Shown here: positions 44,731-59,290 of the stretch, piece after piece
Layout of the letters: the number at the start of each line of letters is the position of its first letter
How positions within the stretch are numbered: the stretch's first letter is position 1
DNA from: Owenia fusiformis
Taxonomy: Eukaryota
Direction: 5' to 3'
NCBI GenBank assembly: GCA_903813345.2
Contig: CAIIXF020000001.1
Span: forward strand, 4,340,001-4,404,000
DNA: 64,000 bases
Made by a program: the position numbers and the translations under genes
Notes under the pieces: generated by a model
Databases searched by the model: none
The model's input: the letters and a program-made list of their open reading frames with translations, nothing else
What the model was told of the DNA's origin: nothing

Positions 44731-47700
44731 ATGTGGGGAAGACAAATTCCCCTTTCATTATGGAAACTTATTGGAAGGAATACTCGTCAGCTAAGAAAGT
44801 TATCCTCGCTTCACAATCAACATCAATTATCCAAAATTGTTGTATCGGCAAGTAGCAAAGAAAAGGATGCATTGACACAAGGAGTTAATAGCAAGTTTGC
44901 CAACCATTATAGACTGGTCAGTGAGGGGGGCAGCTCTGGGCCTGAAAATGTCCCAAGTACGGAAAGTGACAGAGAGGAAAATATTGATGGCTTGAAACAA
45001 AGGTAACAGATAAGGCATTCATCCCCTCACCATTCTTTCTGCAGGCAAAGTTTAAAATTGTAATTACCAAACAGGACTTAGAACTTGTAGATTACCAGCT
45101 GAAGCTACATGTAGTGATGCCAAAGAACTCATCTCTACATGTTTTTGATCTTTTAGCAATGAACAGAATAAAATCTTCAGTAGTCACACATGTGTATTAT
45201 ACCATAAATCATAGAATGTTGATCTTCATCCTTAATTTCTAATTCAGATTTTATATGGTACTTCTATATTGATTGCAAATGGGACGACATAATGATATTT
45301 TACAAATGACCATGATTTAACTTTTGGGACATCCTTTTTTATATCAGTTGACCTTCCATCTAGAATTTAGGGAGATGAGGTCACATTTACAAGTGAATAA
45401 TAATTATGAATCAATATACAATTAACTGTATTATTAGTTATCTATGTATCGTTTAGATTTGAATATTTACTTATAGAAGGTCAATTGCACTTGTATGTCA
45501 AGGTCATTAGGTGTAATATCTAATAATTCACATTTTGTAATAATCAATCATATTCATGCAAAAGGTTTTTATAGGGTTTAATGCAGACAACACTATCTAT
45601 CCCATTATAGTGTACCCCGCTGCCTGAAAGGACTGATTATTTCAAATGGGTAACCTACTTATAATACACAATAGTAGAAAACTTTACTTTTTTCTTTTAG
45701 GAGTTATGTATCAACCATACGAAGTGCAGAAGAGCACTTATTTGATATGCTGTGTGACAATAGTGGAAAAATATCTATTAATCGATTCTTAATGGTAAGT
45801 CACATATACTGTCATCTTACTATAAAGTGTGGTAATTACCTGCTTGTCTGTCTGATGGTACAGACTCTAATATAGGTGGTCAAGGTAATAGTGAAGCTCA
45901 AGGTCATTTGAAAAATCATTGAGAAGTTCATAGTAGGTCAAGGTCATTATAAAGACCAAGGTCTTATGTATATATTTATTTGCATCTTATTAAGACACCT
46001 CTACATAACATTGTATATATAATATTAATAAATAGTTTAGAATCAATTTCAATGTGTAGGTTCTTATTTTTGTGTTATATCTGATATGTTGGGAAACAAC
46101 TGAACCCAGGAACTAGTTTTCTGATAGACATATATTTTTGTCGCAAACTAAGATGAAATAATTTGTGGAATGATCATTTTATTGGTGTGATGGTGAATAA
46201 TTTTATTTACACTTTTACTTCATAAGGAATACATGATCTAATGTATTACTGACCATCCCAAATATTGATAGAGATAGGCTTACAGAATATTACTTCTGGT
46301 ATATTATTACATACTTAGGCTAAGACCCAATCACTCTTATCCAAATCAATATATTCTAATCTGGTTTTCCATTAACTTATTATATTGTAAAGCTTGTTCA
46401 TTTTGCTGTTTTTCCTTTTTGGTATTTTGGAAAATAAGCAAAAATGTCAATATACTGGAATAATGAATATCCAAATATTTCATGCATTTGAATCTTTACT
46501 AATGATACTGTCGAATTGAAAGCAAATAGCACAAAACTATGGATGAATGACATTTTATTGGGCATCTCTTAAGTGGGCTAGAGAATAGTACAGTAATTGC
46601 TTATCAATATATGGCTTGTATGAAATACTTAATTCTACCAGTTTATTTCAGTCATTTGAATTATAATGACACATGAGTCTTGCTTCAAGTCTCTAGATTC
46701 TCCCCCTCCATTATCAAATTCACCACAAGCTGGAGGTGTCGTCACTGTCGTGGTGTGTGGGGGGGGAGGTGTCACAAGGGTTTGAATTAGAGGTTAAGCA
46801 GTGCAGCAGTTTTAACATTTATGGTGCATTTGCTCAATCATCTCTCTTATATACCTTACCTGCTTGGATTAGATTTCAATCATGAAAACTTCATACAACA
46901 TCATATGTGTGGCATTTTTTGTTTCACCCTGTACATTGGAAATCTAAGATGACCTATTATAACATAAGAAAACCTATCGGAATGTGTTTAAGAATAGACA
47001 TATATAAACATAGCCTAGTTAGTTAATCTTCCAAGCTCTTGTTTCATTGGAGAACCTACCAAGAGAAGAATGTGATATCAAACTGAGATCTTCCAGAGAT
47101 CAACTGAGAAGAAATTTACTGTAATCCATCAGATTTCTTTATCTAGATTTCCTCTAAGATTTCTGATATTAATTGTTGATTTTCACTTTGGAATCCACAG
47201 CCTTTGCTATCCCTTTGACATGTTTGAAGCATAAGACAAAGAAAGATTCTGATAAATCAGATTGGTAGTAATTCAAGAATGAAGTACTTATCTGTTTGGG
47301 TACTTTAATATGGACATAATTAACAGCTCAAAGCTTAATGCAGTATTGATTCATATGGTAATATGATATCATTGACATAATAAGTGGTTTCTTTCCAAGA
47401 CTGAAGAGAACCTTGTGTTGTTCCTGGGCTCTTGAACACGATTTGAGTCTCTTTAAAAACAATGTTGATGTGTTTTCTGCAAAAATGTATTTATGATAAC
47501 AATTGTTTCTAAAATTACTTTCATTAGGAAAATTGTCTCAATCAATAGGGTTCAGCAACATCCCGCCTCAAATATCCATAGGCAGGAATTATATCTTATC
47601 AATCATATTTCTTGTTCAGGAACAAGTTGAGTTTTAAAATAAAAAATCCTGCTTTTTATGAAAAATTGGAGGTTTTCCATATAAAAGTAAATGAAATGGA

Positions 47701-50700
47701 CCAGAAGAATCTTATTAAAGAACTTTTTCTTTTCATTTTTAAGTCTAAAATATATTGTTACATGTTTTAAAATACAATACTTCTAGACAGCATATTTGCA
47801 TATTTTTTCTCGAACCAAATCTAAAAATATATTTTCCTTCAATAAGAAGAGTGTATTTCGTTAACAATACATTGAATTTACATATAAGATTGTGTAAACC
47901 GTTCATTCAAGTTTGGTTGAAAGGGCTGATTATTTGATATTGAATCCAGTCTGACATCAATTCAGTGACATGTGCAGATGTTAACAGGCAGCAATGTCAG
48001 GTTCACAGTAACCGCATGATACTGGATGTAAGGAAGGAACTGTATTATCCAATAAGCTTGCTGAATTTTATGGGTTGGTGTATAAATCACCAATCAAATC
48101 CTTGTATTTATGGGTGTGCTAAATTGGGAGATTTTCAGGTGGTTCACCTGTACCTTGATATATGTTTGGCTTATGATTATCCCAATTTCAACAAATCAAT
48201 GTAAAAGGCTTATAATGTTAATGTCATTCTAAATATGAATTAGAGAGGATTATTTACAGAAGGTTCAGAATTTTAGATGTACAAATGTATCCCTGTATAA
48301 ATATAATAAGTTTTTTAATAAATATTTTTGGAATACCTCCCCCTCCAAGTCTGCATCTTCAAAAATAAATGATATGTGTATAATGTCACCCAGTGTGCCA
48401 GAGCTGGGTGTATTCAATGTAGGGAACCAATGAAGCAGCATTGAAGCTCTATAATAAACAAAAAATTATTGGAAATGGTCATATAATATATACATGTTAT
48501 GATATTGTTGGATAATTCCCAACTGAGGATTGTCTAATAAGTGGATTTGTCAATGCCTTATGTTAAAATTGCTGCACTGCTCAACCTCTAATTCAAAACA
48601 AGTTACATGTATACTTTATTACATAATTTAAGAAATTAAAGAAATGTTTTTGATACATATTGGTCAAATGGGGTCACACATACTGATGATGAATATTAAC
48701 AAGTAAGAGATCAACACAAGTGAATCTTACAGCTTAGTTCTGGTTTAACCAAAGTACATTGTATTCAATGAATATGCAAAGTTTTTTGTGTGAATTGTCC
48801 AAAGCACAGTGGCGCAATGGATATCACATTGGCTTCAGCGTTTGTGCCATCATGGTTCAATTATTAGAAAGTAAAAGCTTGTATTCCACTCATTTTTAAT
48901 TTTTAGTGTTTTTGTTGAGCTCCTAGATGTTGTATCTTCACATAAATCAATAAATGAGCTAAACTACATGGAAATCTATTGTAACCACTTATGTAAATCA
49001 ATTTCCAGAATAGTCTTACATGTATATGTAGCAATGTTAAAAATATGAAGTGAATTGAAGGATTCCCAGCATGCTTTAAAAGGACAGGTTCTTTAATTTT
49101 GATCTGAAACATGCACCATCAACAAACTTTGATACAAATCTTCTTTGAAAAGTTTGAAGTTTGAAATAAAATGGTTACCAGCTCAAGTCTTAAGTAAAAA
49201 ACTGAAAGCAAACTAAATTTCGTTTTTATGCTATATTTGGCAGGCTCTCTATGCCACAGGATTGCGGCCCAGTGACCCTAGGTTGGCAGAGGTAATGAGG
49301 AATTTCTCCAATGTTCAACACAGCTTTGCTCTGACTGATAACTCAGATCCTTTACTGTTGGACATTGAAACATTCAAACAGTGAGTATACCCATTACCCA
49401 TCCCAAAATATGTATGTATGAGTTATAGTGTAGACCACTTGATGTAGAGGCTATCTTTCCAAAGTAGTGGGCTGTTGAGGTTGCAATACCATACCTTACA
49501 AAGTCTTGATATCATGTTAGAAATAGTATACGATGTTCTAATATTCAATCGGTTTAGTTATTTTGTTGTGATTATCGACATATATATATGTATATATATT
49601 AGGTGAAGCAGGGGTATCATTAGCAGCAGGCAACAGGCGATTTTCACCAGTTGCTTTCACAAAATTGCCTGTTGTTTTTTAGGGACTGTTGTGAGAAATT
49701 CTCGTGAAACTCCTGTGAAGGGATTCTGTCTATTATACGATTCAATGCTGCGTTATTAAAAATATAATATGGAATATTTTGTATGAAGTGTTTACTCAAT
49801 TATTTAACCATCATAAGAGGAGCATAGAATATTATAGTGAATACAAATAAAATTGGCAATGTTTTCCAAAGGCAGGATTAGGATAATCTCACAATGTTTC
49901 CTTTCAACTTTTACTACAAATAGCCTAATCCGGTTTATGGTACTTTACTAGTATTAGTACAATACTTCAGTACAAAAGTGAAAAGTCAAAGCATTAGCTT
50001 GAATGACCTTGAGAAAAGTTCAATCACCCGGAAAATACGAGGGTTGTCCCATAAGTCTCGTAGTTGTGAAATTGTTGCTACACCCCCATCTTTCTGTATT
50101 ACTGCTATATCTAGCCAATCAAGTTTTTGTGCTTAAAAAGTACTCATGTTGTAATGGTCTTATGCTGTGAATCGATGGGGGATATAATGTTGTTTTCAAC
50201 CTGAACATCATGATTATCCAATAACATATATTTAATAAAAGGCTGGATGCCAAGTATAATCTCTCGTCTGAGGTTAAAATTGATACTGGTCCAACTAAAA
50301 TCAAGCTTAGAAATAGTTTCCATCTCCTCTCCAGTGTAACCCAACACATGAGATTCTTAATTTGGACATAATTATAATATATTATCCAATCACTTGCTGT
50401 ATCTGTCTCAAGATGTACTCCAATGAGATAATTTGGACCATGAAAATTCAAACCATCCAATTATTGGATAACATGAGATATAGCCAGACCAAGTGCACAC
50501 ATTTCTTAATGTCTGTTAATCCAAAATTGTTTTGTCTACCTTAAATAAGAGTAAGTGGGAAGCTTGTTCCATTGCTATATACTGTAGAAGCAGTGCAGTA
50601 ATAAACCAAGTGTTACACCACACACACCTCTGCTTCTGAGGTTACATGTACAAGAAAAGATGCATGGAGGGGTCAGTTGATATAAGTTCAGTATGCAGAA

Positions 50701-53700
50701 CTGAATATACACAAATATAAATTTGTGCATTTTTATGTATTTATAAAATTCAGAACTGTTGGACTGAGAAAATAGGTATGACATAGAAAGATGAGAGAAA
50801 AAACTATTCTGATATTGTGTATGTTTTTTCAAAGTTACTTTTAACTCATCTGTATCCTTTTTATTTCCTTTAAATCTGAAGCTGATTTGATTAACGCATC
50901 TGAAAAAATTCACTTGCTTTTTCAGATGTGTAATGGACAATATGGAGTTGATAGGCAGAGCATTCCGGAACCAGTTTGTGATTCCAGAGTTCCAGGAATT
51001 TGCTGGTGTTATAGACTCAATGTATCATAAATGTTTGACAAACACAGAAGGAAAGGTATGTTATCAGGAGCATTTGATAGTTTTTTTAGTGATGTATGAG
51101 TAAATTAGTGGATAACTTATGGTATAATGAACAGTTTATCATTCTCATATAATAGCTTTTGGGCTGATATAAAGATGGCAGCAGATGTAGAATTTTATAT
51201 TCTCATCTGGAAATATGTACGCTGCGTGCGTAATTAAATATGTGCATGTCATTGGTCAATTCCGGACTCAACGATGACGTCAGAATGAATGACCATATAT
51301 AGAACGTCGGTCAAATTTGGCCGACGAACACTGATTGGCGCGTTGAGTTCACAGGTTTATTTTAGTTTGAAAGAGTGAAGACGAAGCTCTCTTTTAAGAA
51401 GTGAAGTCAAACGAATACAAAGGGTAGGAAATATGAGAAGATTGTTAAATAGATTGATCGCAGTGCCATCTTTATTAAAAATGTCCATCGGCCTTTAGCC
51501 TATGTCTGTAGTTTGATCATGCTTGCTCTAAGGCTGTTCATTATGTGGTAGTCAAATTGTAAAACAAAAAGCCAGTGAATAGTAAATATTGATATGTATT
51601 TTGTTTTCAAAAGAATGGTCTTGCATCAAGCCCCTGTACACCCCTATTCATTCTCTAAATCTATCACAGGCTATATAGATTTAAAAATAGTGGATTACTT
51701 GGTGGTGAATGAAAGACTACATGTACATAATAATTACACGAAATTGACAAAGGAAAAACTGATTTCTTGAAGTTTTTCTTAAACCATTGATGCTATTGTT
51801 ATTCTTATTATTTTGTTTCAGGTAGCAGACTACATCCCACAACTTTCAAGATTTGACCCAGGATTATGGGGAGTGTCAGTGTGTACAATAGATGGACAGA
51901 GGTAGGATGTTATGGTATTTAATTTTTGCTAAAAGAGAGTATGAATATGTCAAAAAGTAAAAATGATGGAAAAGACGTACATCGTACATGATTTTATGGA
52001 AAACTAATTTATTTGACCTCTACATTATTATTTCATTGCTGAATGAGTATGCAGGGATGTGATTAAATGCACCTGTACTTCAAGAGATTTTTCCTCTTGT
52101 ATTAAGCAAAAGCGTAGAGCTTTATGTTTGAATTCCTCCACTGTTTAGACAAGGGCTTATATAATAGCCGGGCTTAGAATGACAGTGCAGCCAGTATGAG
52201 AGAATTTATTGAATTCTACCACCGCTGCCATCTTTATATCAGCCTAAAACTTATTCTATTTATATTCCAGGGTCTCATATGGGGATACAGATATGAACTT
52301 TTGTCTTCAGTCTTGCAGCAAACCACTCATGTATGCTCTGGCATTGAATGAGTTGGGCTCTGATATTGTGCACCAATATGTCGGCCAGGAACCCAGTGGA
52401 AGGCCATTTAATGAAATCTCACTCAACTCTAATGGTAAGGCTGCAAGGAATTATGCTTAAAAGTATTTTGAAGAAATGAAGAGATATTTGTAGAGAAAAC
52501 TTGAATAAAATAAAGAAAGAAATTGTTACAGTTGCACTCCTTGTCGTGTCTTATATTAGTCTTTTGAAATATTACTTGACATTGTGGTGTTCATAAGAAG
52601 CAGAATACATGTATTTCCTATTTATTTTAGAATCTCGGGGGTCCTGTACTTGCATTTCTAGACCCTCCTATACCTTATAAATTTGCATTTAAAATTACTT
52701 TATGTTTTGTTTTTTTGGTGGCTCCTTTATCATCTGTTTTGGAGGCTTTTGCACATTTTTTAAAAGATCTCCCAAATGTTAGTGTATAACTAAAGTGGTC
52801 ATAGTTGATAGTGGAATATCACATTTGTCACATTCTAAGGGTTTGGAATCCCGCTTCTCATCAATATGGACATGTGTTTAAAAATTATTTTAAAATGTTT
52901 TGCTACATTTTCAGACAAGCCCCACAATCCATTGATTAACTCTGGAGCAGTTGTCATCACGTCCTTACTGAAGAATAACCTGAGTCTACCAGACAGGTTT
53001 GATTATGTGAGTAAAAAGTCAGAATTATTGAGATTTATGCATGTCACTAATTAGTTATACTAGTCACCACAACTAAAAACACATATTTTCTATCACTATC
53101 TTTATATATATATATATCAATCCTGGGTAGGCTGGTTTGTAATACGATTTTATCAATCATATCTGTACTCTGAGACTATGAGAATATAGTGTTTATATAT
53201 TATAGTGTTTATATATTATATTCATCTCTGCTCTGTAACCACATACAAATGACCATAATGATTTTGCCTTAAAGGTGCAGACTCAGTTCAAAAGAATTGC
53301 AGGGGGAGAGTTTCTAGGATTCAGCAATGCCACGTGAGTTTTTTTATTTTACGTCCATGTTTAGATACACAATAATGAAATACAGTTATCCAAGAAGATA
53401 ACTGCATGACATTTTACCTTTTCTAATTTCATCAAAATTTAATCTTTGACACTTTGTATATTTCACATTAGACTAATATGTCATGAAAAGAAATATATAT
53501 ATACATGTAGTTGTGTTGACACATTATTTCATTAACTTCATTGTTTTTTTATCAGTATCATCTCTAACTGGAGATTTTTACAAGTATATGCCCTTGACCT
53601 TTTAACACAGGAAATGTATGGCACTTGCAAATTGTAAATTATTCTTAGTCCATTGACAAACCAAGTACAGTAAAACCTGTGTAACGGAAAACCTTTAGTA

Positions 53701-56700
53701 AATGAATAAACACAAGCAGCACATGTGTCTCGAACTCGCAACCTCGTGGTTACGGCGCCCAATCGCCTAGCTCGAACGTGCCGGCAATCAAGCCCTCTCG
53801 GCCAACTCGTCAACCCAAACATATTTGTGAGTTGACTTTCCACAGTCCCTTGACCTGTTGAGTTAATTTTGATGAAACCTCTATGAGTTGAATGGAACAC
53901 TTTTTTAGAAGGAACCAAAGGTGTTCCACTTAAACAGGTTTTAATGTACACATATTGTTTTGCTTATATACATTTAAAAGATACAAATAAAATCTCTGGA
54001 TGAACCTGACTAGAATGATCTGAAACATCTGGATCTAGAATTTTTCCAAATTTACCAAATTTTACTGACCATTAAATAATATGTGAGGTTGACTTAATGT
54101 TTCAGATTCCTATCAGAAAGACAAACTGCCGACCGTAACTTCTCCCTGGGTTATTATATGAAGGAAAAGAAGGTCTTCCCCGCCTCAACCAATCTCATGG
54201 AAACATTGGATTTCTACTTCCAGGTAAACATTGAGAACGAACAAAGGAAATAAAACCCCTATAAATAATTTGAACCACATTAAACCATAATGAAACATAA
54301 ACTATTTACCATGAACTACATGATTTTCAAAAAAATCTAGACATGCCATGTTTCCAAATCTGAAAACAAAAATAAGTAATAGTAACAAAAATGAACAGTG
54401 GGTGTTATTAGTGAAGGTGAAGGTATCTCTTAATTATGGAATAACTAGATATTAGTTAATATGTTGTGTTAATCAAGGCTCAGTCTTAGTAACCTCAACA
54501 AGAAATCTTCAGCACTTGTAGCTTTTGTAAACTACCCCCATTGTGACTTTTTATGTTTGAAAAAATTAAGTTTAGTTGAAATTGAACTAGAGTATGTGAT
54601 GTTACGATTGCCTGTTTAATTTCAGCTCTGTTCCATTGAAGCTAATTGTGAATCTGCTAGTGTCATGGCAGCAACACTTGCCAATGGAGGAATATGCCCA
54701 ATCACAGGGGATAAGATTTTAAATCCCCAGAGTGTACGCAATACTTTGTCCCTAATGCATTCCTGTGGCATGTATGACTATTCGGGACAGTTTGCCTTCA
54801 AGGTTAGTTCAAAATAATGTGTTGCAATGTGAATTTCTCTCAGTTTGAGCCTCTCTATTATCAGATTATTGTTTCAATCAAACATCAGTTACTAGGAATT
54901 AGTATTACCAAATATGTGTACTATCCAGTTTTCAGAATTCTTGTCAAACCAAATTGTTTTTGAAACAACATGCACAGTGTAAGTACTGCCTCTGCTATAT
55001 CACAATTTATGACTTTAATTGTTATTATAGGTAGGCCTCCCAGGCAAGTCTGGTGTATCAGGGGCTATATTGCTTGTTGTACCAAATGTGATGGGAATAT
55101 GTGTATGGTCACCTCCCCTGGATGCAACGGGGAACAGCTGTAGAGGCATTCAGTTCTGTGATGTAAGCAACACTATGTATCTTATCCTTTGTAATCTTTT
55201 TCATTTGTCTTTAAGAGTTTGTTTCATTAGTAATATGTAAAATTACTCTGTATAAAAGTATAAAAATAAAAAATGTATACAGTATAAGGAAATTTCCAAC
55301 CAATTTTCTCCAAATATTTTTTAAAATGTGTAGAAATAATCTCTTCCGACTTATTTTACTATATTGAGCATTGTCTGTTGTAGTAATATGTCAAAAAATT
55401 GGTAAAAATGAAAAATTCTCTAGTTTCAAACGAATTAAAGAGCCTGGGATTCCTCATTTCTAAGGGCAATATAATGAAATATTGGACCGAGGGCCGAAGG
55501 CCCAAGGTCCAATATTTTACTATATTGCTCGCAGAAATGACGTAATTAGTATTATTACCACCGTTAACGACCAGGGCTGAAATAGCAAGAAAATCTTACG
55601 CACTGAACGATATCTAATTTCCCGGAAAAAATTGCTGGTCCAGAATATATTCTAGACCGGTCCATATGGACCACCACTATGACGTCACACATTTCTCAGG
55701 TCGATATAGTAAAATGAATGCCTTCTAAACTAGCACTAAAACCCCTAGAACTGGCCTGACAAGGTGGTAATAATAGAACTTGAATGGAAACTGACATGGA
55801 ATGGAAACCCCAAATGACATCATTAATGACCGCTTCATTTCTGGCATATTAACTAATGTCATAGCTTCTTATTTCAAATCAAGATAAAGAAAGGTGTATA
55901 GAATATGCCTACATCAATGAAAACATCACATCGAAGTGTAGTATTTTGAAACTAGCCGGTGAAAATTAGAACAAACCAAGGGGAATATAGCTGAAATTAG
56001 GTCAATGGAAAAACAATTTGGAGGGGGGCAGTAATCCATCGGGTCATGAAATATTACACATTCTCATACAGTTACCTAAACAATGTGTAGCCTTACCTTC
56101 CAAAATATTACGCTTATTTCATATTTGTCTTCAGGAACTTGTGCAGCAGTTCAATTTTCATAACTATGACAACCTAAAGCATAGTGACAAGAAGGATGAC
56201 CCGAGGAAGAGGAAAACAGAACTCCAGGCACAGAAAATTGTGAATCTCATATTTAGTGCATGTAATGGGGATATAACAGCTCTAAGGAGGTATGTACTGT
56301 TTGTGATTACTGTCTTACTGTCTTATTGAGATATAAGTAAAGGTTAATATATAATAAGAAACAATGATGGATTTGCAGTGACATATTTTACATATCTTGC
56401 CCTTATGCTTCCCTGTTGCATGCATTTACATTTGTACTTAATATGTTGTTCAGCTTAGCCTATAATGCCAGTAAGGCGATTGGCAAGCTATATTTATATG
56501 ATGAAATAAATTGTTAATCTATAAAAAATGATGGATTATGACAAAAAACAACAGACAGCGTAATTTTAAATGGGAAGTAAAATTTGAAAAGTAAACTATT
56601 GAAATATGTTTTATTATGTTAAGATGTTAAGAATAAAATTGAAATCTATAACATTTAGGTTCGCTCTCGCTGGGTATGACATGGAGCAGTCTGACTATGA

Positions 56701-57325
56701 TGGCCGTACAGCGCTACATCTAGCCGCAGCTGAGGGACACAATGAGATTGTGAAGTTTCTCATTGAAAGATGCAATGTAAATCCTCAGCCTACAGACAGG
56801 TGAATCATTCAACTTAATCATAAGTTAAAGTGAAACAGAACAGCAAGTATACTATACACAACTATTATAATTGGCACCATGGTTCATCATAATGTTGCAG
56901 AATGTTTCCCACATTCTCTCACATTTCATCGGGGAATCCATCATCAACTGTGCTTGGTTCCTCTATTCAGGATCTTTCCTTCACCAGTGACTGATTGGTT
57001 AGAATGAGTTGATTGAATTTCAAACACATACAATAAATTAGCCTCCTGTAAGCAACCTCTTTGAATTAATTGTGTAAATTATTAGTTAACTGGAAACTGA
57101 TAATGTTTTCGCAAAACTGGTCATTTCAATATTGTTATTCTTTTATTTTACAAAACTTTTGGAATAAAACTCGTTGAATGGAAATAATTAAATCCACATT
57201 TTTTGAGTCTTGTTAATTTCTGTATTTTATGTTTCAGATGGGGTTTCACTCCATTGGACGATGCCAAGAGATTCAACCACCAGTATGTCATAGACACTCT
57301 AAACCATTTTAGTATGAAACCATGA
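44731..57325 (+). CDS. GLS: Glutaminase (mitochondrial, with C-terminal ankyrin repeats), 14 coding exons, ~612 aa
   Basis: Exons 44731-45002, 45701-45794, 49244-49380, 50926-51055, 51822-51901, 52271-52434, 52915-53006, 53275-53333, 54106-54223, 54626-54802, 55031-55162, 56135-56289, 56659-56799, 57238-57325, all phase-consistent (1839 nt). Motifs: [23 protein letters not shown] (catalytic SxxK), [46 protein letters not shown]. The basic N-terminus resembles a presequence. Confidence 0.96.
46781..48597. mobile_element. Possible old TIR element in GLS intron 2
   Basis: ~40-bp inverted pair TTTGAATTAGAGGTTAAGCAGTGCAGCAGTTTTAACAT / ATGTTAAAATTGCTGCACTGCTCAACCTCTAATTCAAA. No TSD. Confidence 0.5.
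53668..53946. mobile_element. pogo/Tigger-type MITE (TA TSD)
   Basis: TA|CAGTAAAACCTGT ... ACAGGTTTTAATG|TA. Confidence 0.65.
55454..55540. repeat. Hairpin with GGGCC-GAA-GGCCC core, part of a non-autonomous repeat
   Basis: AAATATTGGACC-GA-GGGCC-GAA-GGCCC-AA-GGTCCAATATTT plus outer arms. Confidence 0.75.
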
Positions 57326-59106
57326 CATAAGAAAAGATGCCACTAAATACGGAGATGAGATTCAGATCTGGAGTGTACAGATTAAAAGAATATACATACC
57401 TGGTTCCTGCCCCTTGCCAGCCAGTTTTGCTCAAAAATGCAAATTTTCCCCAAATCTTACCAATCTTGAAAAAAATTGCCAAAAAATCCTTAAGGTTATG
57501 TTCCAAATTTGACTACATGTAATAACTTTTTTAAAAAGCCACGAATATTACCAGTTTTTGAAAATAATGTCATTTTTACAAAATTCCTAAAAAGTATTTT
57601 TATTTACAAAAAGTAGGTCAAACTTTTTCTGGGTGATATAAGGTTTGAGGAGCTTACATAAAACCCTTGAAATCCCTTTGGCTGTGGGACATATGTCCAT
57701 TGATATTGACAATGACAATGACATGTATGAGGAGAATGCAGGCAATGCACAACATATACATTATACAGTCATATAGCCTCACCATTCCTTCCATACAACT
57801 TGAACATACTACTTGAAAAAGAAATGAACCTTTCGCAGTTTCAAAAAAAAGCATAACAGAGAAAGGTATTATCCAAAATTATTGACACAATCAAAAATAC
57901 CAATTTCTACCTTTAATCCCTAATCAAAAAGGCTTGAGTGTTAACATTTACAAATAATGCAAGATACAGCAGTTAAGGAGCTTTGCTGAAAGAGGGATTT
58001 TGTTCCTGTTTTATTTATGGCTAATCAAAGTGATGAGGGTCCAAATGGAAAATGTACATATGTACAAATTACATGTAAATCCAGGGCAGCTTCTTGAAGA
58101 ATAGTAACATTGCTTGAAAATAATAGAAATCAATCTTACACCATAGTAATTTTAAGTATAGACCACTTGTGGCTGGGATTATAAATATTAGACATGTGTA
58201 CAGTATGTGTAGCATGTTTTGGACAAACCTGTTTAATGCACAAATGATTGTACAAATTGTTTAAAGCGAAACCTGTATCAATCTTATTTTAACTGAATTA
58301 ACATTATTTTCATTGTATTGTTGATATAGCAATCAAAGAACAATACAGCATATTGTGTTTTTAATGAATTACTTAGAGAACTGATATTTATGCACAACAG
58401 GGTGGTACAGAAATTAACTCATGAATCAAATGTCCCTAGTTCAAATCTCTTATTTGGTAAAAAAATTTGGCAAAGGGACATGAACTTGTTGCTGTTTTTT
58501 TGCATTGAACTCTACATTTCATCTTTAAAGACTACAATCAAGAAAGTCTCTCTATTCTTGCCAAAGTAATTCCAAAAATTGAATGATCACATTTTTGTGT
58601 CACCCTGTAATTTTTTAATTAGTAGTGTACATTAGACCATTTAACTGAAAAACAAATAATACTTATACATATATACATAAGAACTATCAGAATAGTTTTA
58701 TATGACTTTTCATCATAAAAATGAGTATTGAACTTAGTTTTGCACAACATTGCTAGATTTTATTGCAGTGGCCAACCAAAAACTATTTTTTTTATGAATT
58801 GCAGCACATTGTCTCTTGGTCTCTTGTGAACTGTCTCAAAAACAGCATATGAAGTACTATATATATTAGTACAAATATTTATTAAATCACACAGGATTTG
58901 AAGAACTGTATATATGTACAAATATTTAAAGCACACAGGATATGAAGTACTGTATATATGTACAAGTAATGAAATTATACAGCATATGAAGTACTTTTTA
59001 TTGTTTTGAGTATTACTATTATAAGTACATGTACTCAGCGTATACGTACTGTTCATGAAAGCAACTCAAAGTACTCATTAAACAAAATACTACACCCCCA
59101 ATCCAC

Positions 59107-59290
59107 ACTGTAAAATCATGGTACCGTACGGTACATTTAGAGTATGGTACCATATGGTACTGTTGGAGTACAGTGCCGTACAGTGTTCACGGTACCGTAC
59201 GGTACCATTTTAGTCTATGGTACCGTATGGTACCATATTTCACGGTACCTTATAGTACCATTGCCAAAATGGTACCGTATGGTACTGTTG
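59107..59290. repeat. Cluster of GTACCGTACGGTAC palindromes after CACTGTAAAA; probable MITE end
   Basis: At least six GTACC(G/A)TA(C/T)GGTAC-like units. Confidence 0.7.

Noticed and set aside
53538-53951. 137-aa minus-strand ORF
   Set aside because: Spans a pogo-type MITE in a GLS intron and has no recognisable domain.
57323-57346. Stop-codon readthrough of GLS (TGA-C context)
   Set aside because: Would add only xHKKRCH, with no targeting signal and not the TGA-CTAG motif.
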